IMG/VR virus record: IMGVR_UViG_3300034065_000114
Coordinates: 1-64,000 of that record
Length of the DNA stretch: 64,000 bases
From: an uncultured virus (IMG/VR IMGVR_UViG_3300034065_000114)
Lineage: Duplodnaviria > Heunggongvirae > Uroviricota > Caudoviricetes
Reading direction: 5' to 3' (one strand)
The notes beneath the pieces were generated by a model that was not told the origin of the DNA, made no database searches, and worked only from the letters and a program-made list of their open reading frames with translations. Positions 18,425-27,725 of the stretch are shown here, one piece after another. The position numbers were made by a program, and so were the translations under genes. How positions within the stretch are numbered: position 1 is the first letter of the stretch; each line of letters starts with the position of its first letter.

Positions 18425-19117
18425 ATGAAGATGCCACGGCCTGCTCATCGCGGTTCTATGGGTATTCCTGAAGAAATGCACCCGGACAAGATCTTCGCGA
18501 AGCCGCCGGAGCCGGAAGATCGCCCTGAGTTGCCGCCGGACGATCTCAGCGATCTTGAGGAGCCTGGCGCCCCTGAAGAGCCCGAGGAAGACCAGGCTGC
18601 CAAGGCCGCCGCCGAGGCCGCGCTAGCGTCTGACCCGCGCGAAGTCCTTAAGCGGCTTGGCATTGAGCTCACCGACGAAGACGTGAATCGTCTGCTCTTC
18701 AAGGGCTACATCGAGAAGCCCATCAAGCTCTGCTACGATCCGCTGACGAAGAAGCCCTACGTCGCGACGTTTAAGACTCTAACTGCCCAAGAGTATGACG
18801 AAGTCGATGAGCTTTTGTCCGAAGAGATGGACAACCTCAAGATGACCGTCAACGGCCGCGACGCGCGTCGCTCCACGTGGGTTCTCGCCTTTGCGATGAC
18901 CCACATCAATGGCATGATTCTTCAGAAGCCAGAGATGAAAAAGGTTGGCAAAGTCGAGATGATAGACACTAAGGCCACTGCGGAGAAAAGAATCAAAACC
19001 ATCCGCGCGCTGGCTCCGATGATTTTGGACAAGGCTTCGCGGGTTTACGCTGCGTTCACCGCGACCATCTCGCTGATCCTTGAGGACCCCGAGCACAACC
19101 TCATAAAAAAGCCCTAG
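18425..19117 (+). CDS. Tail assembly chaperone (gpG-like)
   Basis: Upstream of the tape measure; FKTLTAQE motif; ends on the slippery site A AAA AAG. Confidence 0.72.
   Translation: MKMPRPAHRGSMGIPEEMHPDKIFAKPPEPEDRPELPPDDLSDLEEPGAPEEPEEDQAAKAAAEAALASDPREVLKRLGIELTDEDVNRLLFKGYIEKPIKLCYDPLTKKPYVATFKTLTAQEYDEVDELLSEEMDNLKMTVNGRDARRSTWVLAFAMTHINGMILQKPEMKKVGKVEMIDTKATAEKRIKTIRALAPMILDKASRVYAAFTATISLILEDPEHNLIKKP
19105..19111 (+). other. Programmed -1 ribosomal frameshift heptamer A AAA AAG
   Basis: In the zero frame one codon before TAG; the -1 frame is open to 19494. Confidence 0.8.
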
Positions 19118-19494
19118 CCTCTCCCAAAGGAGTGCTACGCGGCGAGCTGCTCCTGCGCGGGCTTAGCTTCCCGCCGGACTCCACGGAAGAGGTCCTAGCC
19201 GGGATAGCCCTGGAACGCCGACGGGATGCGCAGTACCTGGCGACAGTGGCAATTATCAATGCTATCATGCACGTAGGACAGGTGGTGGCGGGTGGCACGG
19301 GCGGCGATGCTATCAAGAAATCCCTTGACGAGCTCGTGAAGGTTCTTTTCCCCGGAGAAGCGGATAAACTAGCGAAACGCGCCGACGAGGTTAAAGCGCT
19401 GGTGCAGCGCGAAGTGGCTAAAGGGCCGCTTAAGATCATGCCTGTCGATGACGGTGGCAAGAAGGCCGCGAAGAGACGGAGAAGTAAACGGTAA
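19105..19494 (+). CDS. Tail chaperone frameshift extension (gpT-like)
   Basis: -1 frame reads KKALASPKGVLRGELL...; stop overlaps the tape measure ATG. Confidence 0.72.
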   Translation, partial: KKALASPKGVLRGELLLRGLSFPPDSTEEVLAGIALERRRDAQYLATVAIINAIMHVGQVVAGGTGGDAIKKSLDELVKVLFPGEADKLAKRADEVKALVQREVAKGPLKIMPVDDGGKKAAKRRRSKR

Positions 19495-22400
19495 TGGCAA
19501 ACGATCCAAACGACTATGCAGACGATGGATCGGGAATGCCGGCCGACCCTACTGCAGGCCTGGACAGGACCATACGCATTGCCTCGCCGCGTATGCCGCA
19601 AATGTATCCGCCGCCCGCGCCGATTCAATACACCGCGGGCACGGCGGGCATACCGAGCTACGTCTACCAGACCGGCCCGGTCATGGGTGGCTATGATGAT
19701 TCGCAAGCCTACATGACTCAGTCGCGCGCGTCTTATGGGGACCTCCCAATGATGGGGATGCGCGGGGCTTACACGGCGGGAGCTGGGGCCGCGCAGGGAA
19801 TGGGGAACATGTTCTCGGCAATCGGCGCTCAGATAGCGCCGATTAGTTATACGCCGCCCGCCCGGGTGTTTACGGATTACTCGGGGAGATACGTTCAGAA
19901 TACGGGCGTGCTTTCTGATCTGCGCAACATGTCGGGTCTTGGCACGCACATGCGGGCAGCCCACGCAGGGGACATTCGCTATAATGCTGCTTCTGACCTC
20001 GGTGAGCGTATGGCGCTGGCGGCCGCGGGTCTAGGCATGGGTATGGCCAGTCTAGGAGTGACGACAGCCGGCTCGATGGCTGGCGGCGCCATGTTTGGAA
20101 CTCTGGGCAGTCTGGCTGGCGGTATAGGCGCCCCTATTGCGGCAGCAGCCTTGGTGGGTGACCGAGTCCAGCAAGGCGTAGCGCAGCGTCGCGACATTAT
20201 GAACTATCTCGAGACGACTAGTGACCGATATGTCGTCGCGGGCAGCCCTCTTGCTGACCCTCGTCATGGAGCTGGCTTTAGTTCTGCCGCGCGGAAAGAG
20301 GTTACTGAGTACATCCGGGGCCTGGACATCAAAGACCCCATGCTCAATACCGACGAGCTAACACGCATCCTGAAAGAGAGCACTCAGCAGGGCCTTTTTA
20401 CCGGCACGTCGACCATGAACGACTTCAAAAAGCGGTTCAAGGACGTTGTCGACAACGTTAAGGTAGTGGCCACTACCTTACACCAGACGCTCGAAGAAGG
20501 TATTAAAACCATTCACGATTTACGTGCAGTTGGCGTTGACCCGTCGCGAGTCGCGGGTGTCGTCGGGCGCGCCGAGGCGTATGGACTGGCGGCGGGCAAG
20601 AGCGCTGGCGAAATGCTCAACCTTGGTCTACAAGGCGCGGAGATGTTCCGCGGCACTGGTGTCGGCATGACGATAGGCATGGAATCCAACATGATGAACG
20701 CCGTCGCGATTAGGGCGGCACGCGATGCAAAGATGCTGTCCGATGAAGCCGTAGCGCAGGCCGGCGGTGAGGAATCTTTAGCGCAGCGGATGACCGCGTC
20801 GAGCCTCGGTTTTGTGCAGACTGCACAGGGCCGCGGGTTCATGGGCATGATGTTCAATAAGGGATTGCCGGGTACCGGCTTCGATGCTGGAGCCTTCAAT
20901 AAGATGGTGGCTGCCGGCGGAGGTGATCTTTACGCTGGCGCGGCGCGCGCGGCGCAGAATCTATCCTCACCCGCGGCTACCGTTAAGTTTGAGGCCAACC
21001 AGGCTGGGTTCGCTACGGAGCTTGGTAAGCGTTTCGGCGGGCAGGGTCTGCAGGTTGCCCAGATGGCCGAAATCACCATGGAGGCGACCGCCCTTTCTAA
21101 AATGAGCGGCGCGTCCATGGAAGACTCCTGGGTTGACGTTGCCCTCAAGCGTGGATTAGACGACACCACCGCGCGGGCGATGCTAGCGAAGATCAGGTCT
21201 GGTGATGCTGCGTTCACGGCTGCGCAGGCCGGTGTCGAGTCCTCTCGCCAGAAGATGCAAGAAGACCAGATCTCGCAGAACCAGTTCACAACCAGGGTAG
21301 GCGCGCGTATTGGCGCTGCGGTAAAGACCGCCACTGACACGGTGTCTCGCCCGATTGCAAACGCGGTGGAGTCTGCCAAGCAAGGAGCGGCCAACGCAGG
21401 AGACTGGATAAATAATGGCACTCAGCGCGTAAGCCTAAACGGCACCGATTACGATCTCTTTGCCGGCGAAACTGTAGGTAAGAGTGATGAGCAGCGAATA
21501 GTCGATATAGACTTTGGTGGCATCTTAAATGACAACGCAGGCCAGTCACTTGCCAAGCTTGTTGTTGCGGGGAAGACAGACTTCCTAAATCTTCGGGGTA
21601 GGGCGGGCGGCAACGTTACCCTGACGAAAGGTACTGGACTCTTTCAAGGGGCTCTAGCCGGTACCGGTATAGAGAGCGCGGCGGTTAATGTCACTCTCGA
21701 AGACTTGCGTGCCGCTGGTAAGGAAGCGAACAAGTGGGCGGAGTCCTCAAGCGATGCCGCGGCGGCAGTCAGCAAGGCAGGCCTTGCAAAGGCCATGGAC
21801 TTTAAGCTAGCCCACCTCGAAAATACGAGCGCCAAAACCATAGACGCGTTGGCTCGTCAAGTATATGGCAAGGACGCGGACAAGTTGTCGATCGATGAGG
21901 CGCGGGCCTTACGTACCGCATATGCCAATGTTGACGAATACTCCGGTATATTTAAGGACGTGGAGGCGGGGGCTTCGGGAGTAAAGTCCGCGCTAAACGC
22001 GGTGAGCGTTTCAAAGGAAGTGGGCAACCTTGAGGCCGCTAATGCAGCGGCGAACCAGTTTTCTGAGTCCATCATGCCGCATGGCTTATTTGGCGGGCAC
22101 GCGGCCATTCCAATGCCGGTGCTTGCTCGGCTGGCTAAGGTACGCTCAATCGCTGCTGCTGGCGGGGACACTAAGGCAGCAGTGCGCGCGTATGAGATGA
22201 GCATTGACGCTCTTACCGGGGAGCAGCGCGCGGCAATAGCCCCCCACACTCAAGAGATGCTGCAAGCTGCGACCGGTGCCGGCGGCTCGTCTCTTGACGT
22301 TATCGGAAGAAACTACGCTGAGCTTTCCGATGAGCAAGTGCGGCGGGGATCGGAGATCCTAGGCACAGCGCTGCAGAATGATCTTTTCTCTAAGGCCGGT

Positions 22401-22895
22401 CTGGAAAAGGTCGGCGAGGGTGATCGCAATAAGATTCTTGAGATATCCAAGACCTTGGCAGCCGGTGGCGCCCAGGCGGTTCTCGGCTTGAGCGGCAGCG
22501 ACCTAGGCCTTCTGAATAAGACCAGCCTTGGTACGATCTTCGAGCAGGAGCACAAAGCCCTGTCAGGGATAAGCGCCCTGGGCAGAGACGCGTCGGCTGC
22601 GCAGATAAGCGAAGTGGTCGGAACCACCGCTGGGCCGGCAGTAGCGCAGAGGGTAACTGACGCGCTGGCCATGGCCAAACCTGGCACAAACCTACCTGGC
22701 TTGGCAGAGAGCGTCGTCCATGCCACGGAGATGCAGCAACTTGCCGGAAATACTAACGTAGCTACTGCGGGCACTGGGGGCACTGTAGGTGCGGCGGCTG
22801 GATCTGGTGATCAGGCGGCAGCTACGCAGACCGCTATAAACCTCGAAGTTCTCAATGCCATGAGGGCCTTTGCTAAGCAGATAGGTTCGCAATAA
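19494..22895 (+). CDS. Tape measure protein
   Basis: 1133 aa, Ala/Gly-rich, helical, with a hydrophobic segment; follows the frameshifted chaperone. Confidence 0.78.
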   Translation: MANDPNDYADDGSGMPADPTAGLDRTIRIASPRMPQMYPPPAPIQYTAGTAGIPSYVYQTGPVMGGYDDSQAYMTQSRASYGDLPMMGMRGAYTAGAGAAQGMGNMFSAIGAQIAPISYTPPARVFTDYSGRYVQNTGVLSDLRNMSGLGTHMRAAHAGDIRYNAASDLGERMALAAAGLGMGMASLGVTTAGSMAGGAMFGTLGSLAGGIGAPIAAAALVGDRVQQGVAQRRDIMNYLETTSDRYVVAGSPLADPRHGAGFSSAARKEVTEYIRGLDIKDPMLNTDELTRILKESTQQGLFTGTSTMNDFKKRFKDVVDNVKVVATTLHQTLEEGIKTIHDLRAVGVDPSRVAGVVGRAEAYGLAAGKSAGEMLNLGLQGAEMFRGTGVGMTIGMESNMMNAVAIRAARDAKMLSDEAVAQAGGEESLAQRMTASSLGFVQTAQGRGFMGMMFNKGLPGTGFDAGAFNKMVAAGGGDLYAGAARAAQNLSSPAATVKFEANQAGFATELGKRFGGQGLQVAQMAEITMEATALSKMSGASMEDSWVDVALKRGLDDTTARAMLAKIRSGDAAFTAAQAGVESSRQKMQEDQISQNQFTTRVGARIGAAVKTATDTVSRPIANAVESAKQGAANAGDWINNGTQRVSLNGTDYDLFAGETVGKSDEQRIVDIDFGGILNDNAGQSLAKLVVAGKTDFLNLRGRAGGNVTLTKGTGLFQGALAGTGIESAAVNVTLEDLRAAGKEANKWAESSSDAAAAVSKAGLAKAMDFKLAHLENTSAKTIDALARQVYGKDADKLSIDEARALRTAYANVDEYSGIFKDVEAGASGVKSALNAVSVSKEVGNLEAANAAANQFSESIMPHGLFGGHAAIPMPVLARLAKVRSIAAAGGDTKAAVRAYEMSIDALTGEQRAAIAPHTQEMLQAATGAGGSSLDVIGRNYAELSDEQVRRGSEILGTALQNDLFSKAGLEKVGEGDRNKILEISKTLAAGGAQAVLGLSGSDLGLLNKTSLGTIFEQEHKALSGISALGRDASAAQISEVVGTTAGPAVAQRVTDALAMAKPGTNLPGLAESVVHATEMQQLAGNTNVATAGTGGTVGAAAGSGDQAAATQTAINLEVLNAMRAFAKQIGSQ

Positions 22896-23671
22896 TGGCT
22901 GACTCCCTTGCCCTGGGCGCGTCTGCTTCTGGTGAAGGCTATGAACGCCTTCGCCGCGCGCTCGAGTCGGTAGAAGCGTCTAACGACCCGGGCGCCGTGC
23001 AGCGGGTCACCAATGCCGTTGGGCTTTATCAGTTCATCCCTCGCTACTGGGAGGGATTCGCCCAAGAACAGACAGGCCGGTCGCTCAAGAGCTTCTTGCC
23101 AAAAGACAATTCCCCGCAAGAGCTTGCGCGCGCGGCCAAAGACCAGCGCGATATCCTTTTCCCCAAATACTATGAAAAGGAAATGGCGCCGTGGATCGCC
23201 AAGATGCGCAAGGACGGCCTCGGCAGCGGCCGTAGTGACATCGACCTTGCGATCATGTTCCATAAGCTCGGGGATGCGGCCGCGAAGGACTTCCTTAAGA
23301 GTGGTCGTGACGCGTCAAAGGGAACTGCGGATAACACCCCAATCGAACAGTATATTCATGCGGTGGCGTCTAAGGCACGCAGCAAGAGCTTGGCCAGTGA
23401 CGCAACAGCCAAGGCAAGCCGGTGGCACCAAACTCAAGATACCTTCGTCGAAAGACCAGTGCACCATAAGAGCGGTCAGCAGGTGGCGCACCACAGGACT
23501 ATGCCTGCCGCCGGCGCGACGCCAGTAGCTCAGAAGGATATTCAGACGCACGACAATGCCTGGGTGCTCAGCGAGCTCAAGAAGCTGACCGTAACCTTCA
23601 GAGAGGGTACATTCAAAGAAGGTGCCCTTGAGATGATCCTGCAAGAGGGCCACGGAAGAGGTGTTTCGTGA
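22895..23671 (+). CDS. Lytic transglycosylase/lysozyme-like protein
   Basis: ESVEAS...AVGLYQF..W catalytic-Glu and GxxQ motifs. Confidence 0.75.
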   Translation: MADSLALGASASGEGYERLRRALESVEASNDPGAVQRVTNAVGLYQFIPRYWEGFAQEQTGRSLKSFLPKDNSPQELARAAKDQRDILFPKYYEKEMAPWIAKMRKDGLGSGRSDIDLAIMFHKLGDAAAKDFLKSGRDASKGTADNTPIEQYIHAVASKARSKSLASDATAKASRWHQTQDTFVERPVHHKSGQQVAHHRTMPAAGATPVAQKDIQTHDNAWVLSELKKLTVTFREGTFKEGALEMILQEGHGRGVS

Positions 23672-23907
23672 GTGCAATTACAAACGTGAATAGCTACATT
23701 TTCTCAACCGACCTGGGGCCGGTGGTCGCGCAAGTTACTACGCTGGTCAACTTCGACGTGGACGACATCATCCATAACCGCGCGATGTCGCAAGCGCTCG
23801 CAGTTTCATTCTTGAATATCGGCAAGACTGTCAGCCCTAACGACCCGAAGGCGGCGCGCACGATTACTTCGGCGTTCTCTTCTAGCACCGAGGAGCTTCT
23901 CAGCTAA
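23668..23907 (+). CDS. Hypothetical protein
   Basis: 79 aa; coupled on both sides. Confidence 0.65.
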   Translation: MSAITNVNSYIFSTDLGPVVAQVTTLVNFDVDDIIHNRAMSQALAVSFLNIGKTVSPNDPKAARTITSAFSSSTEELLS

Positions 23908-24896
23908 TGCCTGGGCCAACATCACTTCTACCGACAGACTCTACGGCCCCATCCTCGTTGGGGGGCGTGCCGCTTACCAATGCGCCGGGGCCTACCTCGT
24001 CGACTAATTACTCGGTATTGCCGGGCGGCACCGACTCCGGCAGCTTACTGAACCAGCCCATCACGCCGACCGCGCAAATGACTGCGGCCGACAATGCAAC
24101 CACGACAGCGGTAAACACCACTGTGTTCCCCGCAGCCGGCTACACACCGCCGCCCAGCCTGATCGCTCCGGACACGTTCCTTGCGGATTGGTACAGAGAG
24201 GGGAATACTGCAGAAAGCACCACTGCCGGCACGTCTACGCTGCCGCGCATGGTCGACGACTTTGAAGACGAGATCGCGCAGATCTACATCTACGGGCCGA
24301 GCACTAAGAACGGCAATACCTCGGTGGACCGGCAGATCGTCCCGCCGTTCTCCAAGTTCATCCTTGAGTCGATTCAAGAGTCACACGCGGAGCGCTCCCA
24401 GATCGTTGAGACCTTCGGAGACTTCTACGTCTTTCTCTTTGGCGAGCGGCCGCCGATCTACAACTTCTCGGGCACGCTGATCAACACGGCAAGCGTCAAC
24501 TGGGTGGCAGACTTCAAGTACTACTATGACAACTACTTGCGCGGCACGAAGTGCGTTGAGAGCGGCGCGCGGCTGGTCATTACATATGGTGGCCGGCAGG
24601 TCGAGGGGTTCATGCTCGGGATGAGCACGGCCACTGAGGCGTCACTGGAGAGGGGCGTTAAGATGTCCTTCCAGTTAGTGGTTACGCGAAAGAGCTTCAT
24701 CGCCTTTTCCGCGGACTTTGGCTTTGTGGTTACTGGCGGGGAAACTATTGGGAACGCCAAGATGATCGAACTGCTTAATGACATCGCAGGGGCAGAGGGG
24801 ATAGGGACTTCCAGCCCGGATCAAAGTGCCGCTGGCGGCGCGGTTACTCAGGCAGTACAACAAGGGCTGGCGTCCACCACGTCTCTTGTCGCTTGA
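23907..24896 (+). CDS. Putative tail tube-initiator/hub-like structural protein
   Basis: Beta-rich QIVETFGDFYVFLFGERP..YNFSG region; position after the tape measure. Confidence 0.55.
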   Translation: MPGPTSLLPTDSTAPSSLGGVPLTNAPGPTSSTNYSVLPGGTDSGSLLNQPITPTAQMTAADNATTTAVNTTVFPAAGYTPPPSLIAPDTFLADWYREGNTAESTTAGTSTLPRMVDDFEDEIAQIYIYGPSTKNGNTSVDRQIVPPFSKFILESIQESHAERSQIVETFGDFYVFLFGERPPIYNFSGTLINTASVNWVADFKYYYDNYLRGTKCVESGARLVITYGGRQVEGFMLGMSTATEASLERGVKMSFQLVVTRKSFIAFSADFGFVVTGGETIGNAKMIELLNDIAGAEGIGTSSPDQSAAGGAVTQAVQQGLASTTSLVA

Positions 24897-24907
24897 TTGG
24901 ATGAAAC

Positions 24908-27001
24908 ATGGCTGTCGGTAGACCATTAGGCGCAAAGCTTTTCCTAGAGGGCATCGAGGTGCCTTTGCTCGGCGCCACGATTACGTCGACAGTAGACCAA
25001 GCCTCCATCGCTTATGTAGACCTGGTGCCGCAGCAGGCGATTAACGACATCAAGCCGCGGACGCATGTCGTCTTGGCCGTGCGGGACTTCAACAACCCGG
25101 CGCTAAATTATCCATATGTTAACGCCTGGGAAGGCGAGGTTTACGGCTTCAACTTCGGTAAGACGGTTAGTTCCCGCTCATTCAGCATTTCCTGCATAGA
25201 CACAACGAGCTACTGGGATAATGCGCTGTGCTACTTCATGAATACGCAGCAGTCCCTCGGCAGCGCAGGTATGGCGGCTTTACCGGCAGCTCTCAACTAT
25301 ACAAGCGCGAAAGCGCAGGGGTTCGAGGTAATCCCGACGAACGACGGGGCGAACGTAAACTACTTCAAAACGGTTATTGATAACGCGCTAGCCCTGGTAA
25401 ACAACCCGCCGCCAACGTTCCTCACTGCCTTTGTGGCGGTTATAAAAAGCATCACAAAGGTTAATGATTTTTATAACTTTGCCGAGTCTAGGCTGCGGAT
25501 ACAGGACCGCATCCTCCTCAACGACAGCGGCCTTCTGCCCAATCTTATTAGCAACGCACAAGGCGCGACCTGGTTCAATGGCATTATTGGACAATCTGGC
25601 GGGTTTACGTCGTTGCGCAGTGTTATCAACGATCTTCTCGGGCTCATCTTCCATGACAACGTATCCGTTCCATTCCCTGCACGAGTGACCGCTCCTCCCC
25701 TCGCCGGCGCAAAGTTGACGGGGACTGTGGGATCAAAAAACACGACGCTGGGCAGCTATCTCTTCAAGCCAAACCTCTACATGTCCCCGCCGCCAATGTG
25801 CAACGTCTTCTTCCCCGATGAGTACTCGCAGTTTCAGTACTCTCGCAGCTTTTTCAAAGAGCCGACGCGCCTGATCTATAGCCCGGAGCTACCGTTCTTT
25901 CAAAGCGGGGAATCCGTTGCGCTGCCCATGAACTACCAGCCCGATTCCCTTCAGGCGTTCATGTATCACTTGGATTTCAACAACCCGGTGAACTACGTGA
26001 ACAAGTCGGACACCGGTATTGCGAGCGACCCCGGTCACTACCTGGACGAGATCGTGCAAGGAGACCCCGCAGAGCCTTATGTTGCCAGCACCCCGCTCGT
26101 GCGCGAGGGTCAATTCCTCACTAACGAGGAGCGTGTTAAGGGTATCTGGATGGCGCGCGAGAGCCTGTTCCCCGCGGCGACGATGTTCAATGTCGCCGCG
26201 TCTGAGGGCTCCAATGCTATGGCATACAGCTTTACCCAGCAGATTGCGCATTATCTCTTCTACAAGAAGAGGTTCGAGACGCGGCAGTTGCAGATCACGT
26301 CTCACCTTAAACTATCGGTGGTCCCTGGGTTCAACGTGTTGGTCTTGGATGACAGCGACGCTCAGCAAAACGTAGTTGCCTATTGCTCGTCGGTCACGCA
26401 CCGGATTTATGCTACGGAGGGTGGGTACACCAACGTGTCGCTCTCCTATGCTAGGACGCCAGACGAGGAGGCGCAGGCATCTTCTAACGGCAGCGAGCCC
26501 CCGATCCCGCCATGGTACAACCCAGACATCTTCGGGAAGATCACCGCACCGCCGGCATCGAAGTCCGCCCCCACCGAAGTAGCAAACGCGGGCGGGCTCC
26601 TAGTCTCGACCAGCAAGCTCTCTACGTTTTATCAATCCCTCCTTGGGGACAAGGGCTACCGGGCAGTTACCGACTACGCGCAGAAAGAGCCCACGCTGAT
26701 CGGCGCGGTAGCCTACTTGCTCGCTGAGTATAGGACTAGGCGCGCGCTCGGGTCTGAGGATGTTCAGCAGTACATTTCTAGCCTTACCGGTCGTGATTAT
26801 GTAAGAGTGGAGGACACGATGGCCTTCCTTGGGGCCTCTCTTCCGAAGGATGTTAAGCTAGATCCGACGACGCTGGTCACGTTTACTGGCGGGGCTTTTA
26901 ACCCCAAAGACGCTGTTAACGGCGCAGTGACCACCCTAAGGCAAACACCGATCCTGGCCTACGCGGCCGCGCTAAAGGCGTACCGAGGTTTCCGTGGCTG
27001 A
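24908..27001 (+). CDS. Putative baseplate hub protein
   Basis: 697 aa; WEGEV.GF and CSSVTHRI....GYTNVSL hub-like strands; gene order. Confidence 0.55.
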   Translation: MAVGRPLGAKLFLEGIEVPLLGATITSTVDQASIAYVDLVPQQAINDIKPRTHVVLAVRDFNNPALNYPYVNAWEGEVYGFNFGKTVSSRSFSISCIDTTSYWDNALCYFMNTQQSLGSAGMAALPAALNYTSAKAQGFEVIPTNDGANVNYFKTVIDNALALVNNPPPTFLTAFVAVIKSITKVNDFYNFAESRLRIQDRILLNDSGLLPNLISNAQGATWFNGIIGQSGGFTSLRSVINDLLGLIFHDNVSVPFPARVTAPPLAGAKLTGTVGSKNTTLGSYLFKPNLYMSPPPMCNVFFPDEYSQFQYSRSFFKEPTRLIYSPELPFFQSGESVALPMNYQPDSLQAFMYHLDFNNPVNYVNKSDTGIASDPGHYLDEIVQGDPAEPYVASTPLVREGQFLTNEERVKGIWMARESLFPAATMFNVAASEGSNAMAYSFTQQIAHYLFYKKRFETRQLQITSHLKLSVVPGFNVLVLDDSDAQQNVVAYCSSVTHRIYATEGGYTNVSLSYARTPDEEAQASSNGSEPPIPPWYNPDIFGKITAPPASKSAPTEVANAGGLLVSTSKLSTFYQSLLGDKGYRAVTDYAQKEPTLIGAVAYLLAEYRTRRALGSEDVQQYISSLTGRDYVRVEDTMAFLGASLPKDVKLDPTTLVTFTGGAFNPKDAVNGAVTTLRQTPILAYAAALKAYRGFRG

Positions 27002-27725
27002 AGACCAAAAAGCCGAAGAGATGGACATCTTCCATAAGTGGAAGCAGACTGGCGAGAAGAAACACTTCCAGGCTCTTTATAACTCCATGAAGCCGCTGAT
27101 CTATAGCGCGGCGCAGAAGGCAAGCTATGGCAGCAATATTCCAGAAAGCGCGCATCGTATCTATGCTGCCCAGAACTTTCTTGAAGCTCTTCGGACATTC
27201 AAGCCAGGCACCGGCGCCTCCCTCCAAACCCACGTCTATGGCTCGGTCCACCAGAAAGCCAAGAGGCTCAACTATACGTATGGGAACCTCGGGTTTATTA
27301 CTGAACCAAGAGCGGCCAAAGTGGGCCTATTCCAAACAGAACACGCTAATCTTCGAGACAGTCTCGGTCGTGAGCCGACAACCCAGGAACTGGCTACAAG
27401 GCTCAACTGGAGCGTCAAAGACGTAGCCAACCTGCAGAACGAAGTCCATAAGGACTTGGCGCTTGCCGAGGGGGTTGAGGAGCAAGCTACTGTCGAGGGC
27501 TCGATCGACGAAGAGAAGCTGGAGATGCTCTACTTCGACCTACTGCCAGAAGAGAAAGCAGTCTTCGATTATGTGTTCGGTAAGCATGGTAAGCCCAGGT
27601 TGCTTAAGCCAAACAACAAGATCGACTACGAGCAGCTTGGCCGGTCATCAGGTTACTCCGCGTCTAAGGCGCGCGCGATCATGATCAAGATCAAAGACAA
27701 ATACTCAAAGGCTCTTAAGAGATGA
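26994..27725 (+). CDS. Phage-encoded sigma-70 family factor (FliA/SigB-like)
   Basis: Region 2 LEALRTFKP..GASLQTHV; region 3 LGREPTTQELA..L.W; region 4-like LLPEEKAVF. Confidence 0.85.
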   Translation: MAEDQKAEEMDIFHKWKQTGEKKHFQALYNSMKPLIYSAAQKASYGSNIPESAHRIYAAQNFLEALRTFKPGTGASLQTHVYGSVHQKAKRLNYTYGNLGFITEPRAAKVGLFQTEHANLRDSLGREPTTQELATRLNWSVKDVANLQNEVHKDLALAEGVEEQATVEGSIDEEKLEMLYFDLLPEEKAVFDYVFGKHGKPRLLKPNNKIDYEQLGRSSGYSASKARAIMIKIKDKYSKALKR

